Source of the DNA: Octopus sinensis
Taxonomy: Eukaryota
Assembly (NCBI RefSeq): GCF_006345805.1
Contig: NC_043000.1
Location: forward strand, 35,030,001-35,094,000
DNA length: 64,000 bases
Direction of reading: 5' to 3'
Part shown: positions 1-12,806 of the stretch, piece after piece
Layout: every line of letters begins with the position of its first letter
Numbering within the stretch: position 1 is the first letter of the stretch
Notes under the pieces: model-generated
What the model was told of the DNA's origin: nothing
Seen by the model: only the letters and a program-made list of their open reading frames with translations
The model's database searches: none
Program-made: the position numbers and the translations under genes

Positions 1-441
1 TCATGGCAATTTTTGTTCATTTGATATGTTAAGCTCCGGTCTGGAGTAAATAGCAACACTCATGCTGTTACTGGTAACAGGATCAAAAATGCTGAATAGT
101 AACTTGTCATTACTGAGTACAACTCACCATCGAATTACTATTATTCCATTCGACCAATTGAGTATTTTCTTTTACTCAAATTTTAACATCCTGTATGGTA
201 GAAATCCATAAAATACCTTATCTGTCTGTGCCATCTTATACCAGCTGGAACTGCATGAATGGAATCACTCTTGTTTGCATTGTCGTTGGCGATATCCATC
301 TCTGTTACTAATTGCAATTTTAATTTCTTACTGACTCGTGTTTATTCATCATCTAATTTTCATAGATTAGTAATTAACTAACTATCACTCAGGCTCATTA
401 CTTCTTAGCATAAATGACTACTTACATTAGATATTTGCAAT

Positions 442-499
442 TTTTGCAGTAATCTGACCACAATAAACAGTTTTGCAGTAATCTGACCACTATAAACAT
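442..499. repeat. 29-bp tandem duplication
   Basis: ttttgcagtaatctgaccacaataaacag followed directly by ttttgcagtaatctgaccactataaacat. Confidence 0.9.
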
Positions 500-2297
500 T
501 TAAATAAATAAACTCATTTTTAACTATTTTCTGCCCAGTCATTACAAAACTGACTTTTTGACTTTGAAATTTTTAAGGTCATGTTAAGAAATGGATTTCG
601 CACCAGTCTGATGATAGTACCTAGCATCCACTAAATGTATATGTATGTGTGTGAGTGTGTTTCAATAGTTTGTAAATGACAAAGTTTGCATCAGATTTCA
701 CTTATGATAACGTTGAAAGAAACAGATAAAAGGAAGATTAGCTGTGATTATAAACCACTTAAAACCCTATTTTCATGATACCCTCTGAGTTATCTCGTAT
801 TAATAAGTTATTTAATTTACCATTTGTAATATCATTTTCTGTGTGTGGAACCAGTTAAAAACAAGATCTTATTTTTCTGCATGGTTTCTATAAAACATAG
901 GCTTCATTAATGGAATTGTTTGTATTTATAATAGAACTAATGTTGTTACCTGCCATTTATGGCTCTCACCATAATAGATTTTAATTGGATGTACGTGTTG
1001 AAAGGCATTCATCTATGTATGATGGCAGAATAACACTGACTTCTTTTTTTATTATTATTTAGATTTTTATCTTTTTTGTTGTTTTTGCTTCCTGAAATTT
1101 GCGATGGTTTTAACATATATTGCAATTATAGCAAATGATAAATAGATGCAACTAAATATAGTCCCGGGTGAATGAAAGAAAAATTAAAATATCTCTAATG
1201 TTTAGAATTGTATGTTTATTTGTTAAAATTTTATTTAAACCAAAATCTAATAATAGTATTAAAGTATTTCATAAAGTTCAAGTGTGACATTAGCTTTATC
1301 ATTGTTAATGCCATTAACACCATATTACATAAAGTGAGAGAAAATAAATGAATGTGTTTGCTATTATTTCACTGATGAATGAAATCTGCAGTAAATCAAG
1401 ACAAATTTTACTAACTGACAATAGAGTTTCAACTGTATTTGAATTTTGACACAATATCACTAAATGTGAATGTACCACAGATGGCTGAATCAATAAATGT
1501 ACTGGATAAACCAGCTGAGAGGTGGACTGTTGTGTCATCTGTACTCTTTTGAATCCAACTCCACCATACAATTAGATGAAAGTAGGCACTGTAGCAATAA
1601 ACTTGTCATCACATTCCAGATATTTTAAACTCGCTGTCACGAGTTCAATTCCTCATTAAGTATGATCCAAAGAGGAATATTTTATTTTGTGTTGTTTTAC
1701 CTTAGAAGTTAGTGGAGCTAATGTCCCTTTGATGTTTACAGACAGACAGGTGAAAGTAATTGCATTTCAGTTACACATTTAATGGTTTAATTATGACATG
1801 ATTTCACACGTCACAAAACATCATGAACTCTCAATTTATGATCTGTCACATAGTCAAACGACTTGCTAGAAACAGTTGTCAAATCACCTTGAACTCCTTA
1901 CATGCAATCACAAGAAAACAAAACTAAAACAAAAACATTAGATCATGTAATAATCAACTACTCTTAAAAATGTAAGTTGGTCATAGCTGGAAGATCTTTC
2001 CTCTTAGGCCTGGTTTCTGTACCTACAAGTTAGAAAAACTAGTAAATACATCGAAATATATTCTCTCGATATCCTTTAATGCATTGAAATAATGCACACA
2101 TGCATGCGCAAGCACACAAATGCTGACAGGAGCCCCACCATATATTTAAGTACCTCAGTATTATCCTAAACCATACTTTGATGTTCTATTATGCAATCAA
2201 AATTCCTGTCCCAGAATAACTTGTAAGTTAAAGGATCAGTTCCTTTATTTTTGGGTTCCCTTATTTAGGCAGTTCCTTATGTGTGTGTGTATGTGTG

Positions 2298-2347
<50 letters not shown>

Positions 2348-2550
2348 AGCCAATGTAGTGAACTCTCCTGCTGCAAGTGGCAGACAGGGGCTCCACAACA
2401 CCTTGCTGAATGACTTGTTTATAATGATCAACTGTTTCTGTTGTACATCTGGACAGATCTTTACAGTCATATAAACTGACACACGCATAGCAATGCCCCT
2501 GTCCTCTTACAAATTTTGGTACATTATATGCATAAATACATGTACTTCGT

Positions 2551-2905
2551 CTTTTATCTTTCACTTGTCTCAAACATTTACATCATGGCCTTGCTGGGGC
2601 ACCACCTTGAAGAAATTTAGTCAAATGAATTGACCCCAGTACATATTCAACCCTGGTACTTATTTTGTCAGTCTCTTTTGCTGAACTGCTAGCGCATGGG
2701 GAAGTAAACACACCAACACCAGTTGTCAAGCTGCAGTGGCAGACAAGCACACACACAAACACACACGACAGGCTTCCTTCAGTTCCCGTCTAGTAAATGC
2801 ACTCACAGGGCTTTGGTTAGCCTAAGGTTATAGTTGAAGGCAGATGCCCAAGGCATTATACAGTGGGACTGAACCCAGAACCATATGGTGAGGATGCCAA
2901 CTTAC
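2551..2905 (-). mobile_element. tRNA-derived SINE, family B (LINE-like 3' tail), degenerate
   Basis: Reverse complement aligns by eye with the near-complete copy at 28447-28820; internal (CA)n. Confidence 0.8.
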
Positions 2906-2995
2906 CCCCCCCCATATATATATATATATATATATATAAAATGAAGTCATCTTTAAAGAAATCCATGGCAACATGGATGTTAAATGTTGATGGTG

Positions 2996-3031
<36 letters not shown>

Positions 3032-3348
3032 GATGTCTGATTATTTTACTTAAGACAATCCACTAAATTACATCTTGTATTTCTGTAGCATCAATTTAAC
3101 ATTTTCATCTTTTACATCACCGAATACTTTTCAAAACAAAGGAACTTGAGAAAAATGATACCTTTATAATTTATTCTAATCTAACGAGGTTATTGTTTAA
3201 TCTCATTAAGACTATTATTTCTTTAATTGCAACAGCAACAAGGAAAAAAAATAGTTAAAATGTAAGTAAAATAAAATAAACAAACAAGAAAAACTTAGAA
3301 ATTGTCATTTGGCTGTTTGTTACTGTAATGTTAATATATATGCTGTTG

Positions 3349-3432
3349 CCACCGCCACCACCACCACCACCACCACCACCACCACCACCACCACCACCAC
3401 CACCACTAGTACTACTACTACTACTGCTGCTG
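3349..3432. repeat. Compound trinucleotide microsatellite (CCA)n-(CTA)n-(CTG)n
   Basis: Direct reading; explains the poly-P/T/G/V ORFs. Confidence 0.95.
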
Positions 3433-3435
3433 CTT

Positions 3436-3985
3436 GTTTCAAATTTTGGCACAAGGCCAGCCATTTTGAGGGCAGGGAGTTTGTTGGTCCCATCATCCCT
3501 TGTACATGATTCACTTTATTTCATTGACCCCAGAAAGATTAACGGTGAAGCTGATCTCAACCAGATTTGAACTTAAAATGTAAAGAGCTGGAAGAAAATC
3601 TGCAAGACATGCTGTTCACCATTCTGTTCTGCCAGCTTGCTGCCTTAATAATAATAATAATAATAACAACAATAATAATACTACCTTCTACTATTGGCAC
3701 AAGGCCTGCAATTTGGTGGAGGGGGATAGTCAATTTCATGGACCCCAGTGCGTAAATGGTACTTATTTCATTGATAATAATAATGATAATAATAATTATT
3801 GGTTTCTGATTTTATGGGGAAAAAGATTAGTAAATTTCATTGGTCCCCTGTTTTTGAAAATTACTTCATTTTATTGACCCTAGAGGGAAGAAAGTAGGAC
3901 CATTCTTGGCAGGATTTGAACTCAGACATAAAAATTCAAAACATACTGCACAGAATTGTTTTGAAGCACTAATGATACTATAAGT
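3436..3985 (-). mobile_element. Three stacked degenerate family C SINE fragments separated by (TAA)n
   Basis: Repeated tttcattgacccc and gatttgaact motifs, reverse complement of the family C body (39261-39491, 50413-50552). Confidence 0.65.
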
Positions 3986-4092
3986 GACTGTATTGCTGCT
4001 GCTGCTGCTGCTACTACTACTACTACTACTACTTTTCACACCAAATAGACTTTATATTTTTTTTATTTGTGTGTTCTTGATTATCCTCCACA

Positions 4093-4122
<30 letters not shown>

Positions 4123-4124
<2 letters not shown>

Positions 4125-4297
4125 GTTGGTGAGATGACAGGATTGTTAGTATTCCAGACAACCATGCTTAGTGGCATTTTATCTGTACATTCTGAGTTCA
4201 AATTCTGCCAGGGCCAACTTTATCTTTCATTCTTGCCAGGGGTCAATGTAATCAGCTAGCTCTTCCTCTTAAGCCTCATGCCTATAGTAGAAAGAAT
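4123..4297 (+). mobile_element. Family C SINE, degenerate
   Basis: ctgagttcaaattctgcc B-box region, similar to 39261-39491; preceded by (TTA)n. Confidence 0.75.
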
Positions 4298-5386
4298 TAA
4301 TATCATTATCACCACAACCATCACCATTGTTACCATCCACCACCACCATCACCACCAGGTCTGTCACTGCAGTCACCATCATCCACCACCATCATAGTGA
4401 CCATCACCACCACCATTGCCACCCATTACCTGCTCTACTATCATCATCATCCACCATCACCACTGCCATAAACCACCACTCTCTCCTTCACCACCATCAC
4501 CACTATTCCAGTAGTTTTTTTTTTTTCCTTTTCTGCCTCCTGCTTATTGACATTAAAGGTGACAATTATATTTCTAATATTCCATGTTCTACAGAGTTCT
4601 TTTAGCTGCAGAATGAAGAGTTTGGTTTCTTAATCTCATTAATGTTTCTAGCTTTGTGTTTCTTTGAAACTGTGTTGGTCACTTTGCAGTGACAGGCACT
4701 GAATGATAGACATACATAAATACATGCACACATGCATATATATTTTATATATGCATGTGTGTCTGTAAAGAGAAGGAAGATATTTTTTTAATAAAAAAAT
4801 AGGTACTAAAACACATATAAAAGATATAGAAAAAAAAGAAAACTCAGCTCTTTTAGAAGATAAGGAAAGTGAGAAGAATACTGTAGGTTATGACTGTTGT
4901 CGCTATTGGAATATAAGCAGGGAGGGAGAGCGGGGGGAAAGAAGAAAAAGAAACAATAGCCATTTTTAGATCAATTGGGGAAAAAAAGAAAAAGAAGATA
5001 AAAGAACAAAAATAAAGAAAAGAAATGGTTATGATTTGAAAGAGAAAGAGATGAAGGGAGCCGAATATTTTAAGTGAACTGTGATTAAAGAGTATTGTTT
5101 GCTGACACATTGGCTGTGAAAACCACTCTTTCAATTAAATAATCTCTAAATCATCAGATGTAGTTGTTACAGCTATTGTCCTCCTCATTACAGCCTCTCC
5201 ATCTCTCTCTATCTCTCTCTATCACTCTCTCTATTTTTATGTCATTTTCTTTTCTTCTTATTTTCTTCCAAGCTCTTTTTTATTTTTATTTTTCCATTTT
5301 TTATCACATGCTCTACTAGACAGTAACATTATCATTCATTCACTGATTCACAGACAATTACACCAGCTTATTTCACAGATAAATGC

Positions 5387-5419
<33 letters not shown>

Positions 5420-5556
5420 ATGCATATGTGTGTGTGTGCGTATACACATACGCACACATTTTTACACATGACATCTTCCCAATTTCAAACTGCTCTGCTG
5501 CTGCTATTACACCTTCGTCTTAACTCAATTTCTTTTTTATTTCACATCTTATTCAG

Positions 5557-5783
5557 GAAATTATTTAAGGGAATTGGTTGATATGTTTGGGGAAGAATAT
5601 GACTTTAATGGAGAAAAATAGGTCTTTAAAATGATCTCAGCTAATTCAGCTGAACTCACTAATAAATTTTGGTCTCGGGATTATTGTTCGTCTTTGGGCG
5701 TTGACTCGTCCGACAATGTTAGTGTTTTGAATTCTGTTGGACTTTGGCAGTGTTCTTGCCTTTTATTATTTGCCTGCATTTGA
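5557..5783 (+). other. Candidate exon: strong acceptor, short open frame NYLRELVDMFGEEYDFNGEK*, then a 50-codon ATG ORF with a CpG cluster
   Basis: tttcttttttatttcacatcttattcag|G acceptor; ATG 5631 to TGA 5783; several CpGs in 5675-5715; no homology recognised. Confidence 0.3.
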
Positions 5784-5917
5784 CAGCATCACTTTTGTGT
5801 GTATGTGCATATATGTGTGTGTGTGTGCTTGTATATATATGTGTGCATATATACATATATATGCACATATGTATGTATGTATGCATATATGCACATGTAT
5901 GTATTCATATATGTATG

Positions 5918-5948
<31 letters not shown>

Positions 5949-6104
5949 GCACATACATATGCATATATATGTTAGTATATAGTAGAAGAAAGTATAAACA
6001 GACAAACAACTGGTATCTGGTCAGATTATGATATATATTTAAACATTACTGAATTTATATATGTGTGCATATCTATGGATGTGTATATGTGTGTGTGAGA
6101 TAAT

Positions 6105-6309
6105 CATCGTTGTTTAATGTCTGCTTTCCAGGCTGGAACGGGTTGGATGGTTTGACTGAGAACTGGCAAGCCAGGAGGCTGCACGAAGTTCCAATCTGAT
6201 TTGACAAGCTTTCTACAGCTGGATGCCTTTCCTAATGCCAACCACTCCAAGAGTTTAGTGGGTGCTTTTTACATGTCACCAGCATGGGTGCCAGTCTGGT
6301 GGCACTGCA
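6105..6309 (-). mobile_element. Family A SINE-like element (RTE-type 3' end, (GAT)n tail)
   Basis: Matches the cagctggatgcccttcctaacgccaaccactcc core of other copies. Confidence 0.8.
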
Positions 6310-6325
6310 TTTATATATATATATT

Positions 6326-6382
<57 letters not shown>

Positions 6383-7027
6383 ATTCTTTATCTTATCTAT
6401 AAAAGACTCATAAAGAAACCAGCCCATCAACATGTAGCATGCCACTGGTTGACTGGACAGAATCATCCAGAACAGACAGTGAAGTAATCTATTGTCAGCA
6501 TAGACAGCAATGATGAAGATCAGAATCTGTTGTTGGGTAATTAACAATTCCAATATTAATAAACGTAGATATGAATTTTCCAACAATTGTTTCACTGAGA
6601 ACCTTTATTTAATGCAAGCGTAATACAATATTTTGGATTGTCGTATGTTATGCAATCCTCATGCTCATCAGACATTGCTTAAAACAGAGTTGAATAATGA
6701 CTCTTGGGTAATCGATTGATTCTTAAACCAAGTGAAGCCAGAATCAAAGTTATCGATATATAACAGAAAAAAGTTGGTATGCTAAAAGAATGACAATCAA
6801 GAAGGACAGAGAACAAAAGAGGGGATGAAAATATAATTTGCAATTATAGATTGTGAGGTGAAACAAAGTAATAGTGGAGTGTTTTTTTTTACAGACAATT
6901 GGTACTGAAGACTACATTAACTCACCTAGGCATTTTACAGAGTGGACATTTATAGTGGCGGAAAAGAAGCCATTTATCATTTATTTATTTTACTTATATC
7001 TACATTTATATCCACACACGCACACAC

Positions 7028-7079
<52 letters not shown>

Positions 7080-7206
7080 CTAAATATGCATGTATATATG
7101 TATAAGTACGCATATGTATACATATAAATATACATGTGTGTATGTGCTTAGCACTTTATGCTACTTTCAGCTTTACACACACGCATATATATATATATAT
7201 ATATAC

Positions 7207-7350
7207 ATCATCATCATCATCATCATCATTTAACATCTACTGTCCTTGCTATGCTGGCATGGGTTGGATGGTTTGACCAGGGCTGGTAAGCTGAGGGGCT
7301 GCATTGGTCTGATTTGGCATGGTTTTCTATGGCCGGATGCTATTCCTATT
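7207..7350 (-). mobile_element. Family A SINE-like element, 3' part
   Basis: (CAT)n then atgctggcatgggttggatggtttgac. Confidence 0.85.
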
Positions 7351-7960
7351 TAAAGCTGTATATGACTGTGGTACTTCCACACTTAGAGCTTGCATCACCA
7401 GTCTGGAACCCCTATCTTGTTCAGTATTTCAATCTACTGGAAACTGTTCAGAAATGTGCAACCAGACGACTGCCCACTGTCAGGCATCTACAATACTCTG
7501 AATGTCTTGCTTCCCTATGCATGGACACATTAACACTCTGACATCTGGCAACAGATTTGGTAGTCACGCACAAGATTATCCACCACCTTTCCAACAACAA
7601 CCTTGGTCAACTTTTTGAATTCCATACATCTAATACTCACAGACATGCTAACAAAATAAAAAAAACAAACAATACAACACCCATGACTTTCGGAAATATT
7701 TTTTCCTCATCAGAATTGCTGAACCATGGAATAAACTGCCTGCATCAGTCATTAGCAGTTGAGATACTACATTCTTCAAATGCTTCCATGCTTCCTGAAA
7801 TTTGCCTACAGTACACCTGATGCACACCCCTCCCCATTTCTTTCTTGTTTCCTTTCTTATTCACTGTTCACGCTTTGTGCATATTCTATGTATGGTTCAT
7901 GCAGTTTTGGTTCCTTTTTCTGATGAGCACTGTATACAATAAGTTCATTATATAATTGAT
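7351..7960 (+). mobile_element. 5'-truncated CR1/L2-group LINE fragment (RT C-terminal region and 3' UTR), with stop and frameshift
   Basis: Translation KLYMTVVLPHLELASPVWNPYL..LLETVQKCATRRL..RHLQYSECL and HDFRKYFFLIRIAEPWNKLP, typical of the CR1/L2 post-RT region. Confidence 0.85.
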
Positions 7961-8057
7961 ATTTGAATCACTCCTCAAACATTCTTACACCTTTTATTGG
8001 AAAAAGTTCAACTGGAATATCATAAAGCAATTTGTGCTTCTATGATGGTATGAAGTT

Positions 8058-8362
8058 CATCATCATCAACATCGTTTAACGTTCACTTTCCATGCTGGCA
8101 TGAGTTGGACGATTTGACAGAGGACTGGCGAACCAGATGGCTGCACCAAGCTCCAATCTGATCTGACAGAGTTTCTACAGCTGGATGTCCTTCCTAATGC
8201 CAACCACTCTGAGAGTGTAGTGGGTGCTTTTACGTGCCACTGGCACAAAGGCCACGCTCAAATGATGTTTTTTACATGCCACCTGCACAGGAGCCAGTCC
8301 AGCGGCACTGGCAACGACCTCGCTCGAATAAGTTTTCACATGCCGCCGGCACAAGTGCCAAT
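8058..8362 (-). mobile_element. Family A SINE-like element with internal ~60-bp subrepeats
   Basis: catcgtttaacgttcactttccatgctggcatg... core; repeated atgccacc..ctcgctcgaat units. Confidence 0.9.
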
Positions 8363-8452
8363 CAGAGGAATCATTTCTCTATTAAATTTTAGTTAAAAGA
8401 AGAAAAACAAGTAGAATGAAACTGTTTAAAACTAATGTAATTTTCTACCCAG

Positions 8453-8526
8453 TCATCGGTATATGGGAGAGATACAATGTTCTACCTGGTTTATAAGAGT
8501 ATTCGACTAAAGAAAACTCACGTATA
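8453..8526 (+). other. Candidate 74-nt exon
   Basis: ctaatgtaattttctacccag| acceptor with CTAAT branch-like motif; |gtaagt donor; one open frame SSVYGRDTMFYLVYKSIRLKKTHV. Confidence 0.3.
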
Positions 8527-9049
8527 GTAAGTAAATAATGATAATAATAATAATAATTGGACCATATGTTATATAAAAGACATTTTGCTGGGGTACTATG
8601 ATTAAAATATGATAGAAAATTTACTTTTCTATATATGCATGTTTAATTTTCAGGATGTTTTTAGCTGTAAACTTTTATGAGAGTGTAAAAGGAATTTTGA
8701 TTAAAATGTTTTTAGATTTCTTTGTATAAGTAAATTTTTTAGTTGAGAGTCAAGGATTTTTTGTTTGTTTATTTTATTTTGTCTCCCATCCTTATAGTTC
8801 TGTTGTTTAAGTAATGTGGTAGTGTGACTTTTTTGAAGATTGTATCAGTGTTTTGCATGTTTATCAGAGCATGCAGTCTGGCTTGTAACAACACCTTGCC
8901 ATACCTGGAGATTTAAACCCAAGTCTCGACTAATTAACTTAACATCCATTCTATTATACTTTCATACAAATGAATTATCATTATGGCAATTTTGTGATAT
9001 CAGTTTGATTCCCAGTTAAGACTGGTTCATCACCTTGCAGTACATACTA

Positions 9050-10240
9050 ATCTCTCTGATTGTCCCACACCAACAAAGACACCAGCCCTGACAATCTTCC
9101 TTCTGTTACCCTCAAACTTTGTGTCCCAGAACTATCCCCAGGATTCTTGAATCACTGCTTCTTTACTGAGATCTACCCTGATCTGTGGAATCATGTTACA
9201 GTGTGTTCTTTACCTAAGGAATACAACCTGACCCTATAGTCCTATTCTCCTCTAATATTTCAAACATTCTTGTTAATAGCTGTCTCCATTAATTAGAACA
9301 TTATCTGACACCTTGACTGACTCTCTTTCTCTCTCCTTTATGGCTTAAAGAAAGCTGGTTCCACAGGAATTACTCTCCTTTCTCATCTATCAGATTGCAC
9401 TATTGTGGTAGATGCACCAGTGCTTCATTTTGGTTCCCTTTTCTATCTTTTATACACCACTGACATACCTATCACCCTCTTTAACTGTGCCCACTCATAC
9501 GCAAATGACACTGACCCTTCATTGTTTCTTAACTTTTCCCAAACATGTATCATCTGCAGAGAAGCATATAACCTGGACACCAACTGCTTCCAAATCTGAC
9601 TGGATTCTCTTAACAGAAACCTCAAAAGTATCTTCTGATAGAAGCGTTCTTACTAATATCAAGAAAGCACCATCATGTCATATCCTGCTGACCATAAGCA
9701 GTCTGCAGTTCAAGCTGTCGCAGTCACTTGAAATGTTTGGTGCCATTAATACAGAGGATCTTTCTTGAGGAAGTTCACCCTTAAATATATCTAGGACAAT
9801 GTCCCAACACTGGTATTCTCTTTAAAACTAGAAAATATTTCAGCTCTCAGCAATTACTGACACCCTATAAAGCTCAAGTGAAGTTTTCAATGGAATGAAC
9901 ATTGCTTTCCCATCTGGGTTGGTGTTACTATTATACACTTAGACATCTGAGACTACATCTAAGGAAAGACCACCTTGATTAGCATAGTCACTCAGAAATT
10001 CTCCAGCCTCTGACCCACAGGTATATTCTCTCTCTCTCTCTCTACTCTACTTGGAGTTGGCTAGTCTCATGACATATCCTGCCAAACGGTTGTGACTGAC
10101 ACTCCTCACCCATGTTGTCTCTACACCAACCAGGCCCAGGCCTTCTTTCATTGAATAAGTCCTATGGAACTCCTAACGTGCGCATGTCTTCTCTCTTCAG
10201 TCATTGATTTGCAACAGTTTTAGCATTAACGGCATTAATC
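9050..10240 (+). mobile_element. Highly degenerate non-LTR retrotransposon RT fragment (CR1/L2-like group)
   Basis: KDTSPDNLPSVTLKLCVPELSP (cf. K..GPD.IP..VLK.CAPEL.P); FYLLYTTD...HSYANDT (cf. YADD); LWNS near 10165; many frameshifts. Confidence 0.7.
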
Positions 10241-10616
10241 ACAGTCCTTGGAGATCCAACAAGACTGCATACTCTGCTCCTGTATCTTGACTCACCATGT
10301 GAAAATAATGGGGACAAAATGAAAGAAAAAAAAGAAGTATGAAGTACATAACGGATTCATTTGGACCTTTTCAGCCTTATACCACAAACCTGGCTCACTA
10401 AGTGCTTCTCATGCTTACTTTCAAATATATCACTTGTGTGTGTGTATATTTATATCTTTGTGTGTGTGTGAATCATTGGTTTACATCTATTTCACAGGAT
10501 CATTTTTTTTCTTGCATTAGAATGATGTGTTATTGTTAAGCATTCATGTGTAAAGTAGGAGTGAGACTTATTTTGTCAGTCAGACACACAGTTGGTTATG
10601 TATATTGGCCAGGAGC

Positions 10617-10695
<79 letters not shown>
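10617..10695. repeat. (CT)n microsatellite, about 40 units
   Basis: Direct reading. Confidence 0.98.
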
Positions 10696-10699
<4 letters not shown>

Positions 10700-11117
10700 T
10701 TTGCTTGTTATTTTGACAGGCAAAAGAAATATCACTTTTTACCTCACTCCTGAGTAGACAGATAAAAATGGCCATTTTCTTTCTTTCTTTCTTTCTTTTT
10801 TGCTTTTGTTTTGCTCTTGCAGCAATTATCTCTTCTATAGTTCTCTTTCAACTAATAATCCATCTCTTAAATTGTTTCAAGCCATTTAATTTACAACTAT
10901 ACTTTCCTTCCTCCAGCTCTAAAAAAAAAAAAATTAAAGAACAAAAACAGAAAAAAAATTTTTAAAAAAAAGGAAGTAAAACAAGAAACTCCCAGTAAAT
11001 CGTGGAGCAGATCAAAGTCCATCAGAGTCTGGAAATAATGACTGTCTTCATAAAGTGCTGTCCTTATTTTTTTTTTTCTTTTGTGTGTGTGTTTTCGAGG
11101 TTTCTGTTGCATCTCAC

Positions 11118-11139
11118 CATTTCGGTGCCTCTTCTTGAA
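11118..11139 (-). other. Candidate 22-nt exon
   Basis: Minus strand ttactggcctcccttcag|ttcaagaagaggcaccgaaatg|gtgaga. Confidence 0.2.
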
Positions 11140-11348
11140 CTGAAGGGAGGCCAGTAAATACTGTCTATTGCCAGAGCAGTGCATTGCTGTTGACCTGTGC
11201 TACTTAATTTAATGATATCCTTTGCCATCTGGTTGCAGCCACTTAACACAATTATTTCTGACTGGAACAGTGCTGGCACTGACCTAACAGCCCACTTGCA
11301 GAGCAATTACAGATTTCTATGAAGTGATGTACATCTCTATTGTTACCC

Positions 11349-11392
<44 letters not shown>

Positions 11393-11905
11393 ACGAGAGT
11401 AGAAAGAAAGTCTTATCATAATAGATAACATTACCATCACTTCCTCCTTTCATTTTTTCCCCCCCTGTATTTAGTTTCTTTTCCTTAATATCTCCAACAT
11501 ATTTTCCCTTATTATCTACAACCTGCCATAATTCTTATATCAGCAGCTTAGTTTCCCTTTCAAATGCAATATTTTTCAATTCATTAAAATACCTTTTGTG
11601 TCCTTTTGTGCTACAAGAAACTTTTCATGCTTTATTTTCTTACTTTTCTTCATTACTTGCCCCACAGCACTAAATTGGTGACTTACAGGAATACTGAATC
11701 TTTTAGCTTTTTTTTTTCTGAATTTCCAATTTAACTTCTGCATACTTTGAACAAATATTGTTTACGTTTGCTAAAGTCCCTTGGTTTATAATAAGTATAA
11801 TCAATTAAATGGAATCTTGTTACTAAGATGAAATGCAAGTGTGACTTCAACATGAATTGAACTTAGTTAAAAATGGATAGAAGAAGACTTCAGATTGTGA
11901 GTTTA

Positions 11906-12250
11906 CAACCCTGGTACATATTCTATCAGTCTCTTTTGCTGAACTGCTAAGTTAAGGGGATGCAAACACACCAACACAAGTTGTTGGTGTGTCTGTTCCC
12001 ATTACTGTAATGGGAAGCAAACGTGTGCACACACACACACACACACACACTCACACACACACACACACAGTCGTGTGTGTGCATGCATATATATATGATG
12101 GGCTTCTTTCAGTTTCTGTCTACCAAATCCACTCACAAGGTTGGCCTGAGGCTATAGAAAAAGACACTTGTCCAAGGTGCCACACAGTGAGACTGAACCC
12201 AGAACCATGCGGTGAAGAAGCAAGTTGCTTACTCACGGTCACATCTTGCC
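11906..12250 (-). mobile_element. Family B SINE with internal (CA)n expansion
   Basis: ggcttctttcagtttctgtctaccaaatccactcacaagg...tagaaaaagacacttgtccaaggtgccac. Confidence 0.85.
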
Positions 12251-12645
12251 ATTATTAATGTTTGGTAGGAGGCTACACATGTAAACTTTGAATCTTAATT
12301 GAGATTTTTGGATGAATTGTCCAAAATACATATTTTTCTGATGGCAAAATAGGAGTTGAAATGATGTTTTGAGCATAGCTCTTCATCTGAAAGAGGAAAA
12401 AATCCAGAGAGGAAGAAAAAAAAAGAAGGAGCTGATAGTCTGGAGGAAAGCTTGTGTGTCATTATATGGCTGAAAAATAGCTGAGTGGAATATGAAGCGA
12501 GAGAGAGAGAGATGGAGAATGTGGTTTTTGAAGGTAGGAGAGTGCAAAAATCGCCATTGTGTGTGTGTGATACTTATGAGTGTATCCATCCATCCACACA
12601 CACACACACACATTACTAAGTCTATCTCCCTTGTTAGTTTGCATA

Positions 12646-12806
12646 CTCTCAGAGTGGTTGGCATTAGGAAGGGCATCCAGCTGTTGAAACTTTGCCAAAT
12701 CAAATTGGAGCCTGGTGCAGCCTTCTGGCTGACCAGTCCTCTGTCAAACCGTCCAACCCATGCCAGCATGGAAAGCAGGCATTAAACGACGACGATGATG
12801 ATGATG
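12646..12806 (+). mobile_element. Family A SINE-like element
   Basis: gagtggttggcattaggaagggcatccagctg...ccatgccagcatggaaagc...gatgatgatg. Confidence 0.9.

Noticed and set aside
1-340. Minus-strand exon-like pieces (MDIANDNANKSDSIH..., GTGAGT donor near 127)
   Set aside because: Acceptors are weak and the neighbouring frames are interrupted by stops; no coherent model.
3255-3570. Poly-G/P/T/V ORFs
   Set aside because: All frames of a (CCA)n microsatellite plus SINE sequence.
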